From positions 190,046,897-190,110,896 of the forward strand of contig NC_085845.1 in assembly GCF_035594765.1 (NCBI RefSeq): a DNA stretch of 64,000 nucleotides, written 5' to 3'. The notes under the pieces are model-generated. The model was given only the letters and a program-made list of their open reading frames with translations, was not told the DNA's origin and ran no database searches. Numbering within the stretch: position 1 is the stretch's first letter; every line of letters starts with the position of its first letter. Below are positions 11,856 through 24,835 of the stretch, piece by piece. The translations under genes and the position numbers were made by a program. The stretch is from Anolis carolinensis (lineage: Eukaryota).

Positions 11856-14019
11856 TATTTTATTAGTGGGCAGCAGCATGTGTGTTTCAGGTACCAGGGT
11901 ACAATGTGGACCCGTTGGCTGCCTGAAGCATCGGTTTAGAGAAAAACACAAGATAAGCAGTGGCTAGACAGAGGCTGCTTAGAGCATCCATATTTTGGGA
12001 GTAGCCAGAAGATACTGGTTTGTCTTTTGTCAATTGCTTACATTCTGCAGTAAAATCCCACAGCTTAAATTTGGGAACTGCAGCATTCATACCAAACAGA
12101 TTGTAGCACACAGCCCTACTAAAAGAACATTCTGCTCCCATTACAGCTACAAACTATTTAGGAATGTTCTGCTTAGAGGGAAATTTGGCAGTGCTTGTAA
12201 TCAGTTCTTTGATACAATACAGGGAGCTAGCAAAATGATCACTACTAACAACAATGGCATAGAGTTTTAATGGAACCCCAAATGAGTGTTTTTTTAAAAA
12301 AAGAATACCATATGACCCCCATATCTACAGGGGATATATGAGTAAATTTACAATGGAAACATGAAACTGTAGATCATAGCAAACCACATTGAAATGAATG
12401 ACTTCTGCTGAAAGTTACCATGAAGTCACCCTGGAGGATTTAGAATGAATCCAAGACTTTCTGTAATGAAGTATGTCAAACCAATACAGTTCTAATCCAT
12501 TGAAATTTAAAAAGGGGAGAACATACCACATGTCATATCTCTTCACAAACTGTTCTAGATGATGTTCTAGGTTATACAAAATTCTAAACTTTGGGGTTCT
12601 GGCAAGAGGAACCTAACAGGTTCTAGAGCTTTCCTGGAGTCTTATATGTTGGGGTCACGTGTGCTGAATCTATGTCAAATCTGCGTATCAGCAGGTCATT
12701 GTGTCACTGTATGGGCCCCTCAGGGCATTTGAACTAGAACAGCTTGGAACAGTCCAGGAATTAATTTCTCAATATTTTCTCCCAGACAAAGTCTCACTAA
12801 AAAGGAATGGGAAAACCCCATGCGAAATGCTCAACTGGGTGGCTGTATGACATAGAGGGAAAAGAAGAAGGAGATTGAAGCATCAACTTTTAGAACTTGA
12901 AAGGCATGCATGGAAATGCATATAAATTTTCAGCTGGTATTTCAAAGAAAACACTGCCAACTGATGTGAAAACTGGGTGAATTAAATGTTAGGGTGGAAA
13001 AACAAGAAAAAGGAAAAACCTAATTTGGGAATTTAATCCATCTCAAAGAAATTTAATCCATCTCATCATATTGAGCTGTATGAGCTGTGGGACAGGGTGA
13101 AATGTGTGTCCCTGAAATTCAGCTATACGCATTCTCTCTATTCTGGTGAAAATTGCTAGACTTCAGGTTTAGCACTATATCAGCCACAGGGAAGATTCTT
13201 TCTGGGCAAACCATTAAGACATGCAATAAATTTACAAGTCTAATTACCAAGCCTATAAAAGAAAAAAAAATTAAAAGGAGTAGCAAAAAGAGAGAGGAAG
13301 AGGTCACTAAGCTCTGAGATGTGTTTAAAGGGTTCTAAAACTCTCACATTGATTTTGATAATCCTCTCTACACGAGCTATTTGCCTGGCTTGAATATTTA
13401 TTTTGACAGTTACAGAAAACGTACTAATTCAATTTCTATGCAGAAAATGACTTTCAAAATATTTTATGAAGGCACCATAATTTTTGCATTTACTGAGATA
13501 TACATGCTCTGACATTTAGCATCACAGAGTTGGAGGAGTTCAAGTCTTAAACAGCAAAGATAATTTAGCGCAAGATGTGAATAGCTAGTCTTCAGTAAAA
13601 TGTTGGCAAAATTAAATCGGAAACGAAATGGCACTTTGTAGTCATTGGGTGTTCAGCGGGATATGCCTAGTTAAAAACCCAAAGTGAAAGGGTGATTGAC
13701 CTAACGTTGCTACTAGCTTCATTCGTGCAGCTGCACTTCGCATATTTTCACGGCATGTGATGAAGCTCATTAGTTAATGCAACTGAATTACCTATACTTG
13801 CCAGGCATTCATTTCTTTTCACACCACATGGCCAGATACAAAGCTTTAGAAGCAGCGATACACAGCACTTTGCCATGCAGCTGCCTGGGAAATATTATCC
13901 GCTCCTGCTCTGTGAATATGTAACAGAAATAGACAGGAGAATGTCCCAGGAGCAGTTCTCAATCTATAGGCAGACAAAACAGTTCAGCTGAATGTTGGTG
14001 CTGACAAGTCCTTATGCTA

Positions 14020-14535
14020 AAGACCACATATCTTAGAGGCACCAGGTCTGGTCTGATCTTGGAAGTTAAGCAGAATCAGCTCTTGTTAGTATTAGATGGT
14101 ACTTTAGGCTCTATTTCTAACTACAGTAGAGTGTCACTTATCCAACACTTGCTTATCCAAAGTTCTGGATTATCCAATGCATTTTTGTAGTCAATGTTTT
14201 CAATACTTCATGATATTTTGGTGCTAAATTCGTAAATACAGTAATTACTACATAGCATTACTGCGTATTGAACTACCTTTTCTGTCAAATTTGTTGTATA
14301 ACATGATGTTTTGATGCTTAATTTGTAAAATCATAACCTAATTTGATGTTTAATAGGCTTTTCCTTAATCTCTGCTTATTATCCAACATATTCGCTTATC
14401 CCAATGTTCTGCCGGCCCGTTTATGTTGGATAAGTGAGACTCTACGGTATCTATTAGTATTACATTCCTAAGTGATCCCTATGAAGTACACGGGATTGCC
14501 ATAAGTTGACAGACGACTTTAAGGCACATACACAC
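14020..14535 (+). mobile_element. 5S rRNA-derived SINE (5S-Sauria type) split by a MITE
   Basis: gtctgatcttggaagttaagcag..gttagtattagatgg resembles 5S rRNA; the RTE-like tail resumes after 14449. Confidence 0.7.
14124..14447. mobile_element. Tc1/mariner-type MITE (same family as 11533)
   Basis: Near-identical to 11533-11855; TA TSDs. Confidence 0.92.
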
Positions 14536-16884
14536 CCAATGTCATGAGATTGTCTTCCTCCAAGCCTTATCTTCTGGGAGAACTATGAGGGAATGATGTA
14601 TGCAGAAAGGTTCGCTAATTCTTTAGATGTTCCTTCAAAGTAGACTTATTGGAATTCCCCTTCATTATAAAGAACCCCTGGACATGACATTTTTATGAGA
14701 GATAGTGCTTTCACCAACTCAAAATTATCACAATTGTTGTAGTTGGAAATGATCCTAGACACATGAAGCTGCTTTCTATTTTATCTTGCTCAATAGTTTG
14801 TAGCGTGGAAGCAATTCTCTAGGATTTTTGGGATTGCATAACATTTTATTTATGACAACAGTCAGCTTGGAAGCCAAGGTTAATGCACACCATTGAAGTG
14901 GCCCTACAAACTCAAACCTGGGGGAAGATTTACATTTTACTAAGCAAAAATATGTACGCTGTGTATATTACTGTTTGCAGATGTGACATGAAAAAAATGT
15001 CAAATGGGAATAGCATTCTCTAGAAAGGGTTCAAATGTAAGCAATGGATACAAGAGAATTCCCTGGTTTAGGCTCACTGCCCACCCAATGTCATCCCCTC
15101 TTCTCTTTTTCAATGCTTGATGGTATTAAAGTACACAAAGTATGAAGGCCAGATGCTACTGAACACTTGAGGGGCACTGAATGGATGAAATTAGAGCCAC
15201 TGCCAAACATTACAGAACAATATACTCTGATTTTCCACCAGGCTCAACAAGGAACCAAAGCCAATCTTGACTCTGAGTAGGCTACACCAATGCCAAAAAT
15301 AAAACTGAAACAAAACTGGAAGCCATTTTCACCCCAAAATTTGTTGTGTTTTTTAGAACTTGTGGGAGCAACTTGTAGGTGATATGTTTAATCTACAGTA
15401 TTATTGTCCCACGTCTTGATCCATAGGGACAGGTGGGTTAGAAGTACATATTAAATCATCATCACCATCATCATACCCCCAAATGAAGAGAAAAAACAGT
15501 GGAGTTCTTTTAGCTTTGAGGTCTTCTAGGGAACTCAGGCAGTTGTAAAACAATGGCTGGGGCCATGCGAAGCATTTGTTTTATCTACCCCTTTATTTTC
15601 AGTTATCTTATCTGCCACATTCATAGCTTTCACATTCAAGTGTACATTTGCATGTATAGTTTTCACTTTCATACACATATTTAAAAGAGGAACATGAAGG
15701 CATGCTTGCAGCCCATGATACATAGTTACAGCTACATCTCATATAGCTTCTCGGTACTTCTTTTACGTCAAAAGAATCTTCCATTCAACAGCCTGCAGAA
15801 TTGTTACTATAACCGACCATTAGTCAGGGGTAACATATTGTACAAAGTGAAAATGTCATTCTAGTAAGAGAGCATGCTGCCAATCTGAATGATTGCAGAA
15901 GATCAGCACGCTAAGCAACCATTCCTCATCTTTAAGGGAAAGATGTACTGGTATTAGTATGGCATTTTATAAATTAAATATTATGATGTCTGCACACAGA
16001 AATGGATTACCACTGGAATTTTGCAGAGCAAGGGTGGTGCCATATCCCTTCCCTAATCAACCTTTTGAATAAAGAACAGCCACTTTGGTGTATTCTTTCT
16101 CAACGTGTTTTTACAAAATTAATGTTGCTAGCTACTCACTGAAGGAAGCTTTGAAATGAGAATGAAACAAGCAAATCAACTCACATCTATCCAAATTACA
16201 CATCATCTTCACAAATTTGTTGTTATATTTACCATATTTGAAACATTACCCAAATTCTTCTGTGTAAATTGTATGTAGAATTTTGCAACACAAACACATT
16301 ACTCCCTCTCATTGCATTAACTGATAATGGAACAGCTTAACCTCTCATCTGCTCTTGATTCACATACATCGAGGTAGCAACTGCAGAGGATCTGGGATTC
16401 AACTGACTAAGTCAGAGATTGTTAAGGAGCCTGACAAAACTGCTGCAGAACCTCCCAAACAAAACATTAAAGAAGGGCGCCAAAGTTTATGCCTGGTTTT
16501 GATGTTTAAAAGTATAATGACTGTTAACCCTCTAGTCTATTAAATAGGTGAATTTGTGCTTCTGGTTTCTAGGAAAGGAAATTTGCCATTTCTTTGCTCT
16601 CCAAAAGGGTGACTTTTCTGAATGGTTTGAGTGACAAAGAAGTAGCTTTGGAAGGCCACAGGCAGCTCCAGGGTTACACTTTACCCTCTCCTAATGTATA
16701 TGTCTTAAAATATATTCGGATGCATTTTGGAGTTTCTGAGAAGCTAATCATGGAAGATCATTCAATGGGAAAATCATGCTGGTAGATGTACTTTTTGGAA
16801 GAGAGCTGTTCCTGAAAGCCACATATTGGAGAGTCCTGCATATATTTCCGATCACACTCTAAGCTCAAACAAAGCAAAGAGGAA

Positions 16885-17145
16885 TGACTGGAAACCTTGA
16901 GTATCTGGAGAAGATAAGATTAAAAGAGGGATATGAAAGCTACCTTCAAAACATCCAAATGGCTGCCATGACAAAGATGGAAGAGATGTAAAGGCAGGAC
17001 TCTAAACAATGCCTAGCAATTGCACAAAAGTAGAGGTAAGTTGGACCGTAGGAGATTCTTCCTAATAGTAACAGTTGTTCAAAAAGGAAACAGAGTGCCT
17101 TGGATGGTGGTGGGGCTTCCTTCACTGGATATTCTTAAAAGAGCT
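16885..17145 (+). mobile_element. CR1 3' fragment, old
   Basis: ctggagaagataagattaaaagagggatatg..ttcctaatagtaacagttgttc resembles the CR1 ORF2 end. Confidence 0.55.
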
Positions 17146-20100
17146 CATGGACATTGCGGTCACAGAAATACTGCAGTGACCAGGAATGATTTCTGTCGTC
17201 TTGTCTTCCTCCATAAAAAAAGACAGATCAACAGAATCAATTCACATTAAACAAATGTTCAATCTAGGATACTGTCTCAGAACCCTTTGTTAACATATTG
17301 AAATTTCACAGTAGGTATTACTTTTTAGTTAGACACACTTCCCCAAACAAAGAAAAAAAATAAAATTACTGCTGTAGAGGGACTTATAGCCAACTAATAT
17401 GCCCAGCACTATGAGTTATAAGGGCAGACCTTCCTCTCATACACATTAATCATACCCAGATATTTTAAAATAAATCTTTCTGGTTCAAAAAACTTTGAAC
17501 ACACATCAATTAACTTTTTAAAAACACCTCCCAATTGTTAGATAAAAGAGTACACTTTCTTGGCGAGTAGAGCACGAAAGTGCTATCATTAGAATTCATT
17601 CTGCAGATATATTCGTTGCTCATGGCAAATAATAATAATAAACACACATTGATTTTTTTTAAAAAGAAACTCATCACAAAGTATCAAAAACTTTCAAATT
17701 CACCCTATTTTTTTCCTTCCCAGGCAATAGCAATGATTCCTTTAAAATCAGTTCATTACCCTAAACTCATTTATCCAGCAATGTTTTGAAATGAGTTATT
17801 TAAGTTGTTAGATGCAGTGGTGGCTTTCATGTCATTGGAGATGTTTTAATCTGAACTTCAAAAGAACTATCCAGGATTCTGAATCTATTTTGGAGTTAGA
17901 GTTAAGCACCTTGGATAACTCCTTCAAAGTTCAGAGTAAAACCCAAAGTGATTTCATCATTCTCTTAAAAGAAAACTATTAGCTGCCACAGGTTAAATGT
18001 CAACAGTGTTATTTCTGAGTAGCAATTAATGTTCCTTATTATTTTAGTATGTTACTGTTCTTGAAGTAATTTGAGAAGCAATTTTGAGATAATTTGAGGG
18101 ACACTTGGGTCACTTTTAGCAACTTCATCTGATTCTTTAGAAGGATTTAACAAATGAATGAATAAATTTAATCAGTTTCTTTCAGTGAGTAGATGCTAAT
18201 GAATCCCTTTACCTTTCTGTTATGGAATGGCTAATGTCAATGTTAATAAACATCATTAAAAATTCACAGCACAACAATGTCAAAAAATTGAGCTATCTAA
18301 AAAATTAAAATTGGAACTTAAAGCAGGAAGCATTCAAAATAATCAAGTAAAATCCAACTGTTATACACAGCCTGGTTCACACAAAAGTAAATTCTCAAAG
18401 GCCTGCTAAAATAAAAAGGTCTTCACTTGGAAAGATAGAAAGAGAGAGTTTCAGATTCTGAGATAAGCCACAGAAAAGGCCTTCTCCTGTGCTCTCAACA
18501 GGTGTATCTTTTGGGTAGTGCGACAAACAGAAAAGTTGTAAAGTATTCCCTTATTTGAAGCACAATTTTCCAAGATACTTCAAATAAGGAAATGGGCCCT
18601 TATAAAGCCCATTAAAAAGAGCTTGAAGATACAACTTAACCCTAATTTGATTGTGTCTGATGTCGTGTACCTTCAAGTTTTTTCTGAGTTCTGGGTACCC
18701 TGTAAGTGTACACATCACAGGGTTTTCTTGGAAAGATTTCCTCTGAGATTGAAAGTGTGACTGGTCACCAATTAAATTTTCTTGGCCAAAAGAAAATATG
18801 AATCCTATTTTCCGAAGTCCTAGTCCAATCCTCAACCATATTAACTCTCTAATTATTCGTATTTCCAATTTATTCTTCATATTCCTATCAAGCCAGTGGC
18901 TAAATATGAAAGCTTATTTGCCTACAAAAGGGAGCACATTTAACTACCTTCAGAATTAGCATAAAAATTGAGATTTCCTTTTACAGGTTCACTGCATAGC
19001 TAAGTACATACAGATGCAATGAGGCAAATGACTGTCTGCAATTACATTAAGTGCATCAACTTGAAGTTTAACATAAATAGCACATTTAAGGATAAGCAAG
19101 AGATCAGACTGAAGGAAATCCCTAGCAAGATCAGGAAAAAGGGAAAACTGAACCTAGAAACCATTTATCAAAACAGGTTGGCTGCTGGTCAGACTTTTTC
19201 TGGAGTACTACAGGATGGCAGACAAATGGCTCAGAGAATGACAGTGAAGATGGTTGGACATTAGTTGGTTACATTTCTTTATCAAACTTTCCTTCTCAGG
19301 AGCTCAAACTAGTGTACATGACTTCATTCCTTTTTCATCTTCACAAGCTTGGGAGGTAGGGTACATTGAGAAAGAGAGAAAGAGAAATGCTGGCTTAGGT
19401 CTACCCTGAGAGTTTTATGGCTCACTGGGTGCTGGTATTATGTCCTAAACTGCAGTTCAGCCCATTAACTGTTATACCACAATGGGTTTCTACTATGGAA
19501 ACCAAGTACTATAAGGAAAGGCCAAACTTGATGTAATATGGAATGGGAAATTAAAGAAGTCTGAAGAAGAGCCAACAGAACCCAATGGACCCAATTTATT
19601 TATTGTTAAGTGATGTCACACGGCAGCTGTGTAGAAAAAAATATATAATCTCACTCCTATACAACACAGCTTGAGCAAGGCACTGATTTCAATGGTGCAT
19701 TGCATTGTAGTGTATGGACACTACACTGAGTAGATCCAACTGAAGTTCAGTAGGAATTACTAGGAACTGAACTCTACTGGCCAATGGCAACTCTATCTAC
19801 AGCTCTCTGAATCAGTTAGAATTATTGGAAGAAAGAGTAGAGTAGGGACAAGAATATCAGTATCAATTTTGGTACAGGTATGAATTCTCAAGAAATACAG
19901 TCCCCATAGTCTCCCCATATTTTGGAGTATGAATCCCAGATTTCTCCAGAATTCTGAGAGTTGTAGTAAAAAAAACTATACTGGAACACTTGTAACTGAG
20001 GTTGAGGGGTAAAGAGAAAGAGGCTCCACTTTATTGAAAGCTCCAAATTAGTTTTCAGAAGGCTCAACTTCTTAAATATAAACTTCAATTATTTTAAAAC

Positions 20101-20399
20101 ACGTACTTCAGTTTAAATGAGAGGTTTCACATTAAGCTTGGCTCAGTGCACCTCTAAGACAGACTAGTATAAAGATTTAAAACTTTGTCTTCTCACCTAC
20201 CCATTTTCTATATGTCAGATTCTTCCCTCTAGGAAAAAAAACCCACCCCTTTTCGGTGTGAATGAGTTCACAACCAGCTTCACTATGTGATAAACCACTT
20301 GTTTATGAAGAAAGGTGTTTCAGGCCACCTTAATTTTAAACAGAGCCAGAAAACAGAAGATCTGAAAGAATAAGACTAAGCTTATAAAGAAAAACTGCC

Positions 20400-20825
20400 C
20401 CATATTTAGTTGAAGATGTACAGGCTTTTGAATAAGTACCGCCCTTTGTACGTTAAACCCTTATACTAGCGGTTACTTCTGACCGGTTGTATCTGTTGGT
20501 TGACTCTTTGATATAACCACAGGGTTCACCCCAGTTTAAGGTTCTCCCCATGATCTTATAGCACCTTAACTTCCTTCATGTTTACAAGTTTCACTCAGTG
20601 AACTTTGCCCAGTTCATCTTATGATTTCATCACTGTGTTTTAACCTGTGTTTTACGATGATTGTGATTTTATTTTATGCCTTTTAATTTTATTTGTGTGT
20701 TTTTCTGTATTTGATACCATTGTATGCTTGTTTTATATTTGTAAGCTGCCCGAGTCCCTGGGGACTTACATTTGTAAGCTGGGGAGATGGAGGCGGGGTA
20801 TAAAATAAAATAATAATTATTATTT
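20400..20825 (+). mobile_element. L2 3' UTR and tail
   Basis: Tail gtaagctgcccgagtccc..ggggagatggaggcggggtataaaataaa. Confidence 0.65.
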
Positions 20826-20828
20826 TAT

Positions 20829-20963
20829 TATGACACAGCAAACAAGATAGATATGCTGGATTTCGTATCACAAAAGGCCACCCTACTGGGATCTGCACGC
20901 ATCATCCGAAAATACATCACACAGTCCTAGACACTTGGGAAGTGTTCGACTTGTGATTTTGTG

Positions 20964-20965
<2 letters not shown>
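20829..20965 (-). mobile_element. R4/Dong-like non-LTR 3' fragment with internal inversion, in (TTA)n
   Basis: 20871-20965 matches 54290-54384 in forward orientation; 20829-20875 matches 54376-54422 in reverse. Confidence 0.88.
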
Positions 20966-21016
<51 letters not shown>

Positions 21017-21236
21017 GTACAAAGGCTAAGATCTGGTTTATTCACCATGTACCATTTTTACCGACTCCAAGCACCATCTATTTCTTGTTTGGTGAATCTA
21101 TGTGGCAAGGGATCTGCAGATACCATCCTATATGACCTGCTTTGTTTGGATTACACCACACTCTATGAGAGGGAAGAAATGGGACATGAAGTGTGGGGTG
21201 TGCATATACCATACATGCAGGAGGGAAAAGTCCTAC

Positions 21237-21442
21237 CTCAGGTAGTCTCTGCGACACAGGATAAGGTTGGCTTTGGTGTACAAGGTGGAGCCGACCTCCC
21301 CCAAGCGGCAGTCGCAGCAGGCGCACTTCAGGCAGTCTTCATGCCAGTATTTGTCCAGGGCTTTTAGGAGGTACCGGTCTTTGATCTTGCGGTTGCAGCC
21401 AGCACAACCTTTCGGTTTGGTGTCTGGCTGGACAGAGAGCAT
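21237..21442 (-). CDS. LMO3: LIM domain only protein 3, first coding exon (LIM1 domain; exon 21237-21450 includes 8 nt of 5'UTR)
   Basis: Translates [69 protein letters not shown] with LIM CxxC..HxxCxxCxxC..CxxD spacing. QPDTKPK matches LMO3 (LMO1 has QPKGKQK). Polypyrimidine acceptor ttttttcccacccctttgcttattccag|G at 21451/21450; donor AG|gtagga at 21237/21236; 206 coding nt. Confidence 0.97.
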
Positions 21443-21779
21443 TTGTATACCTGGAATAAGCAAAGGGGTGGGAAAAAAGTTCAGTTTTCACTCTAGGAAT
21501 GCAGAAACAGCATGTTCCTTTGCCTGCAAGAAGAATGTTGGTAGTAACACCAAGCTTTCTGGTTTCTTTGAAGGTATTTCCTCGGATCAGCTTGCTCCAG
21601 TGAGGCACTGCAACTCCCATCAACCAGAATGTGGGGAAGTTATTTCCAAGTTAAAAAAGTAAGACTCAGCAACAGTTTGTGTCCAAAACTTAGAAGACCA
21701 ATAGTTAAATCAGACTAGCATCTTCCCATAGTGGCTAACCTAATGTACCCAAGAAGCTTCTAAAGATAAAGACATTGTT

Positions 21780-21849
21780 GTGTCGGGCAAGGCCCCATGT
21801 AAGCCGCTCCGAGTCCCTTCGGGGAGATGGGCGGGGTATAAAAATAAAG

Positions 21850-21921
<72 letters not shown>
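21780..21921 (+). mobile_element. L2 3' tail with (GTT)n(ATT)n microsatellite
   Basis: tgtaagccgctccgagtcccttcggggagatgggcggggtataaaaataaag followed by the microsatellite. Confidence 0.8.
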
Positions 21922-21922
<1 letters not shown>

Positions 21923-24199
21923 ACTTGACTCTGTACATTCCCCAGACTTCTGCCCATTGGCTTTACACTTCTGAACTAGGATGTTCTACATATTCATCAT
22001 GGCTACTGAGGGACATTATGGTAGTTTGCCTAATACCTGTTTAAACCATCAAAACCAATAGCCATCACCTTATCATATAGTCATAAATCTCACACAGCTT
22101 AATTATGTGTTCTATGAAGCAGATCTTTCTCTTTGTTCTTCCTGAATCCAATGCACATAAATTTGCATTGAGTTCTTGTGTTACAAGACTTGGAATTGCT
22201 GTTCTCTGTCTGCTTGCTACACAAGAAACATGAACATTTCTTGGATTTCGTTGCATTCTACTCAATCACACCTGTATTCTTGTCCTATCCTTGGTTCACA
22301 CTGTATCAAGCTACAAGGCTTTGCTCCATTTTCTTGTAAGGAAATTCAAGCATTTTAAAAATATTTTCCTTTTTAACATATTTTAATGTGCATATTTTTT
22401 CCATTTGTTAAAGCAGGGGTGGGAGTCATGTGGTCCCTCAGATGTCACTGAGTGCACCTCCCATCAGCTACCTAGGGCTGATAGGAATTGCCATCTAACA
22501 ATATTTGGAAAGCTGTATAATCCCTACCCTTATACCAAAGCATGTTGATCCATATACTTCAAGTGCATGCACTTTTAATTGTTCCAGACGTACACATTTT
22601 GTCCCTATGTCATTTCTTCAAAACAGGCCTCACAAATCATGAATTTGGAACCAAAGTACGTGGATTTTAGGTATACATTATCCTTTTTCTTGCAATAGTC
22701 TTAAGACATAGATACTTAAATCAAGAATTTTGAACCAATTGAAATTCCTGCTTGACAAAAATCATAATTTTATAAATCTAAATTATAGTACAAATAAAAG
22801 TGACCCCTTTTCCAAACTAATTCACTGTACTATCCAGCCCAATTGAAACCCCAAAAACGGTGCAGGTTTGGCTAAAAACTATTTCCATGTTTGCTTAGCT
22901 TCTAGTTAGGCATATAGTGATTATTTCCTTTGAAAAATAATAGACCTCTTTACCGCTCCCTCAAAAGTATTTAGATGCATAAGCTGAAATATTATTATCT
23001 GCACAGAAAATGCCATTTACTACATAAAAATGTGCACATTTTGTACAGAATCAGTCTCAATGTATTTATTTAATTTATATCCCCACCTCTCTCCTCACAT
23101 GAGATCCAAGGCAGAATAGGTCCAATTAAAATATTTTCTGGTCAGAAAACAGCATTGTGTTTTCTGCTCAAAGATATCATGTATGAATTTTGTGCAGAAT
23201 GACTCCTGAACTGCAAATAGTTCATAGCACCAGGAAGAAAAAGGTGAAAATTGCTCATTGTTTCCTTCAAGAAAAAAAATAGCAAATAACGATATCCACA
23301 GTAACAAAGGTTGACATTGCCTTCAGTACATACTTGTTCTAAACCTTTCATTTCAGATAACTTACCATCTTCACTTGAAATTAAAATGGTTTGGCTCCCA
23401 AGTTTGCCTCCTTGGAAGGAGGATGTTTTTAACAGTCTAAACCAAATACAACAATATATGCTAAAAACAAATGCAATGCTCTTTCTCGCAGGCAAGTTAG
23501 GAGTAATTCTCTGAAATGATTGCTATAATTAAGAGTGATTGCTTTTATTTCACATATACATGCAAGTCTCAGCTCCCTGAGGCCCTGAATGCAATATGGC
23601 AGTATATACTTTCTTCAAATAAATAAAATAATTGATGAGCATACATGTGTCATCCAGACCCCTGGCATTACAATTTTCTCTGGTCTGGAAATATTGCCAG
23701 AATTCTCTGACTGCTAGGAATGGGTCCCTAAAGAGGCAGCGAGCATTGGAGAAAATGTATGATCTACTGCAAAAAAACAGGAATGGCATAGGAGAGAGGG
23801 AAAGATGAAAGAAAACCATTCTGTGTTGCTGTGTCTCTGTTTTAGCAGAAGACAAAGACAATGGAGCAAACCATTTTCAGTTTCAATGTGGAAGATGATT
23901 CTTCACAACATACATACAGTCATGAGAGAGATAGAATTATTGGTATCTCACAACAAGCGAAGAAAAAAATCTGGAAAACAGTCATAGAAATGGAAACAAC
24001 TGGAATTCTTTGGGAGAGATCCTGCTTTGCTGATAAAAGAGCCCAGATTTAATTCCAGTTAGAAATCATAAAGGGATGAAATCCATCCAAACCTCGATCA
24101 GTCAGAACTAAATGTAGCAATAACAGGATTGAGTGAATGAGAGAACAAATTACACTATTATGGTCAGATGCAAGCCAAATGGTTGCAAGACAATAGAAA

Positions 24200-24590
24200 A
24201 CCAGGGGAAAAAGAAAAGACACTTCACAAATACAAAAAACCCTTGATATACACAGGAAGATATACAACAACCAGTATCAACTCATGAGTAATATTGTTCA
24301 GTGGAATCGCAGAGCTGAGGAACACTCTAATGGGGTTACTTCTTGTAGAAAATGCTTTCAGAAGTGATTCTATGGAAGAATTTGAAAGAGGTGAGATATA
24401 AAAATTTTCATGTGTGCCTGACAAAATCTTCATAATTTGGAGAATTAATTGAAAATGGATATCCCTATAATACAGGCAATATAGCAGAACATGGTCCACC
24501 ATTTCAACTATTCCTGAAAGAACAGGGATTTGCAAGTATCTCCCTTAGAGTAGAGCAGATAGCAAGATAATAAAATGGCGCTCACTGACT
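24200..24590 (-). mobile_element. Non-LTR retrotransposon C-terminal Cys/His fragment (RTE-X-like)
   Basis: Degenerate ..SGIVEMVDHVLLYCLYYRDI zinc-knuckle-like motif typical of non-LTR ORF2 ends. Confidence 0.45.
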
Positions 24591-24627
24591 GACTGAAAAA
24601 GCAGCTTTATAAGTTTCATAACTTAGC

Positions 24628-24835
24628 TATTGTTGTTGTGTGCCCTCAAGTCATTTCCAACTTATGGCAACTCTAAGGCAAACCTATCACAGGGTTTTCT
24701 AGACTAAATATCTTCAGAAGGGCTGAGGGATTGCGTCTTGACCAAGGTCACCCTACACTCTTTCATGGCCAAGCAGGGATTCAAACACTGGTCTCCAGAA
24801 TCATAATCCAATGCTCAAACTACTATACCACACTG
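24628..24835 (-). mobile_element. tRNA-derived SINE (RTE-tailed)
   Basis: Reverse complement of the 27910-28095 family; gggattcaaac B-box. Confidence 0.7.

Noticed and set aside
1-21236. LMO3 downstream coding exons (LFGVTGNCAAC..., FCVGDKFFLK...)
   Set aside because: Not found by eye or in the ORF track; probably outside the window, though a short exon could be missed without a search.
21237-21442. Assignment to LMO1
   Set aside because: QPDTKPK and the preceding GIQM match LMO3; LMO1 reads GVPMLSVQPKGKQK.
21443-21463. N-terminal MLIPGIQ extension in the ORF track
   Set aside because: Starts at a non-ATG codon in the polypyrimidine tract and crosses the splice acceptor at 21451; the annotated-type start is ATG 21442.
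21047-21662. Plus-strand ORFs overlapping the LMO3 exon
   Set aside because: Antisense shadows of a GC-rich coding exon with no recognisable domain.
21735-22044. Poly-N, poly-L and poly-I ORFs (also 3251, 28474, 54378)
   Set aside because: Translations of (AAT)n/(GTT)n microsatellites.
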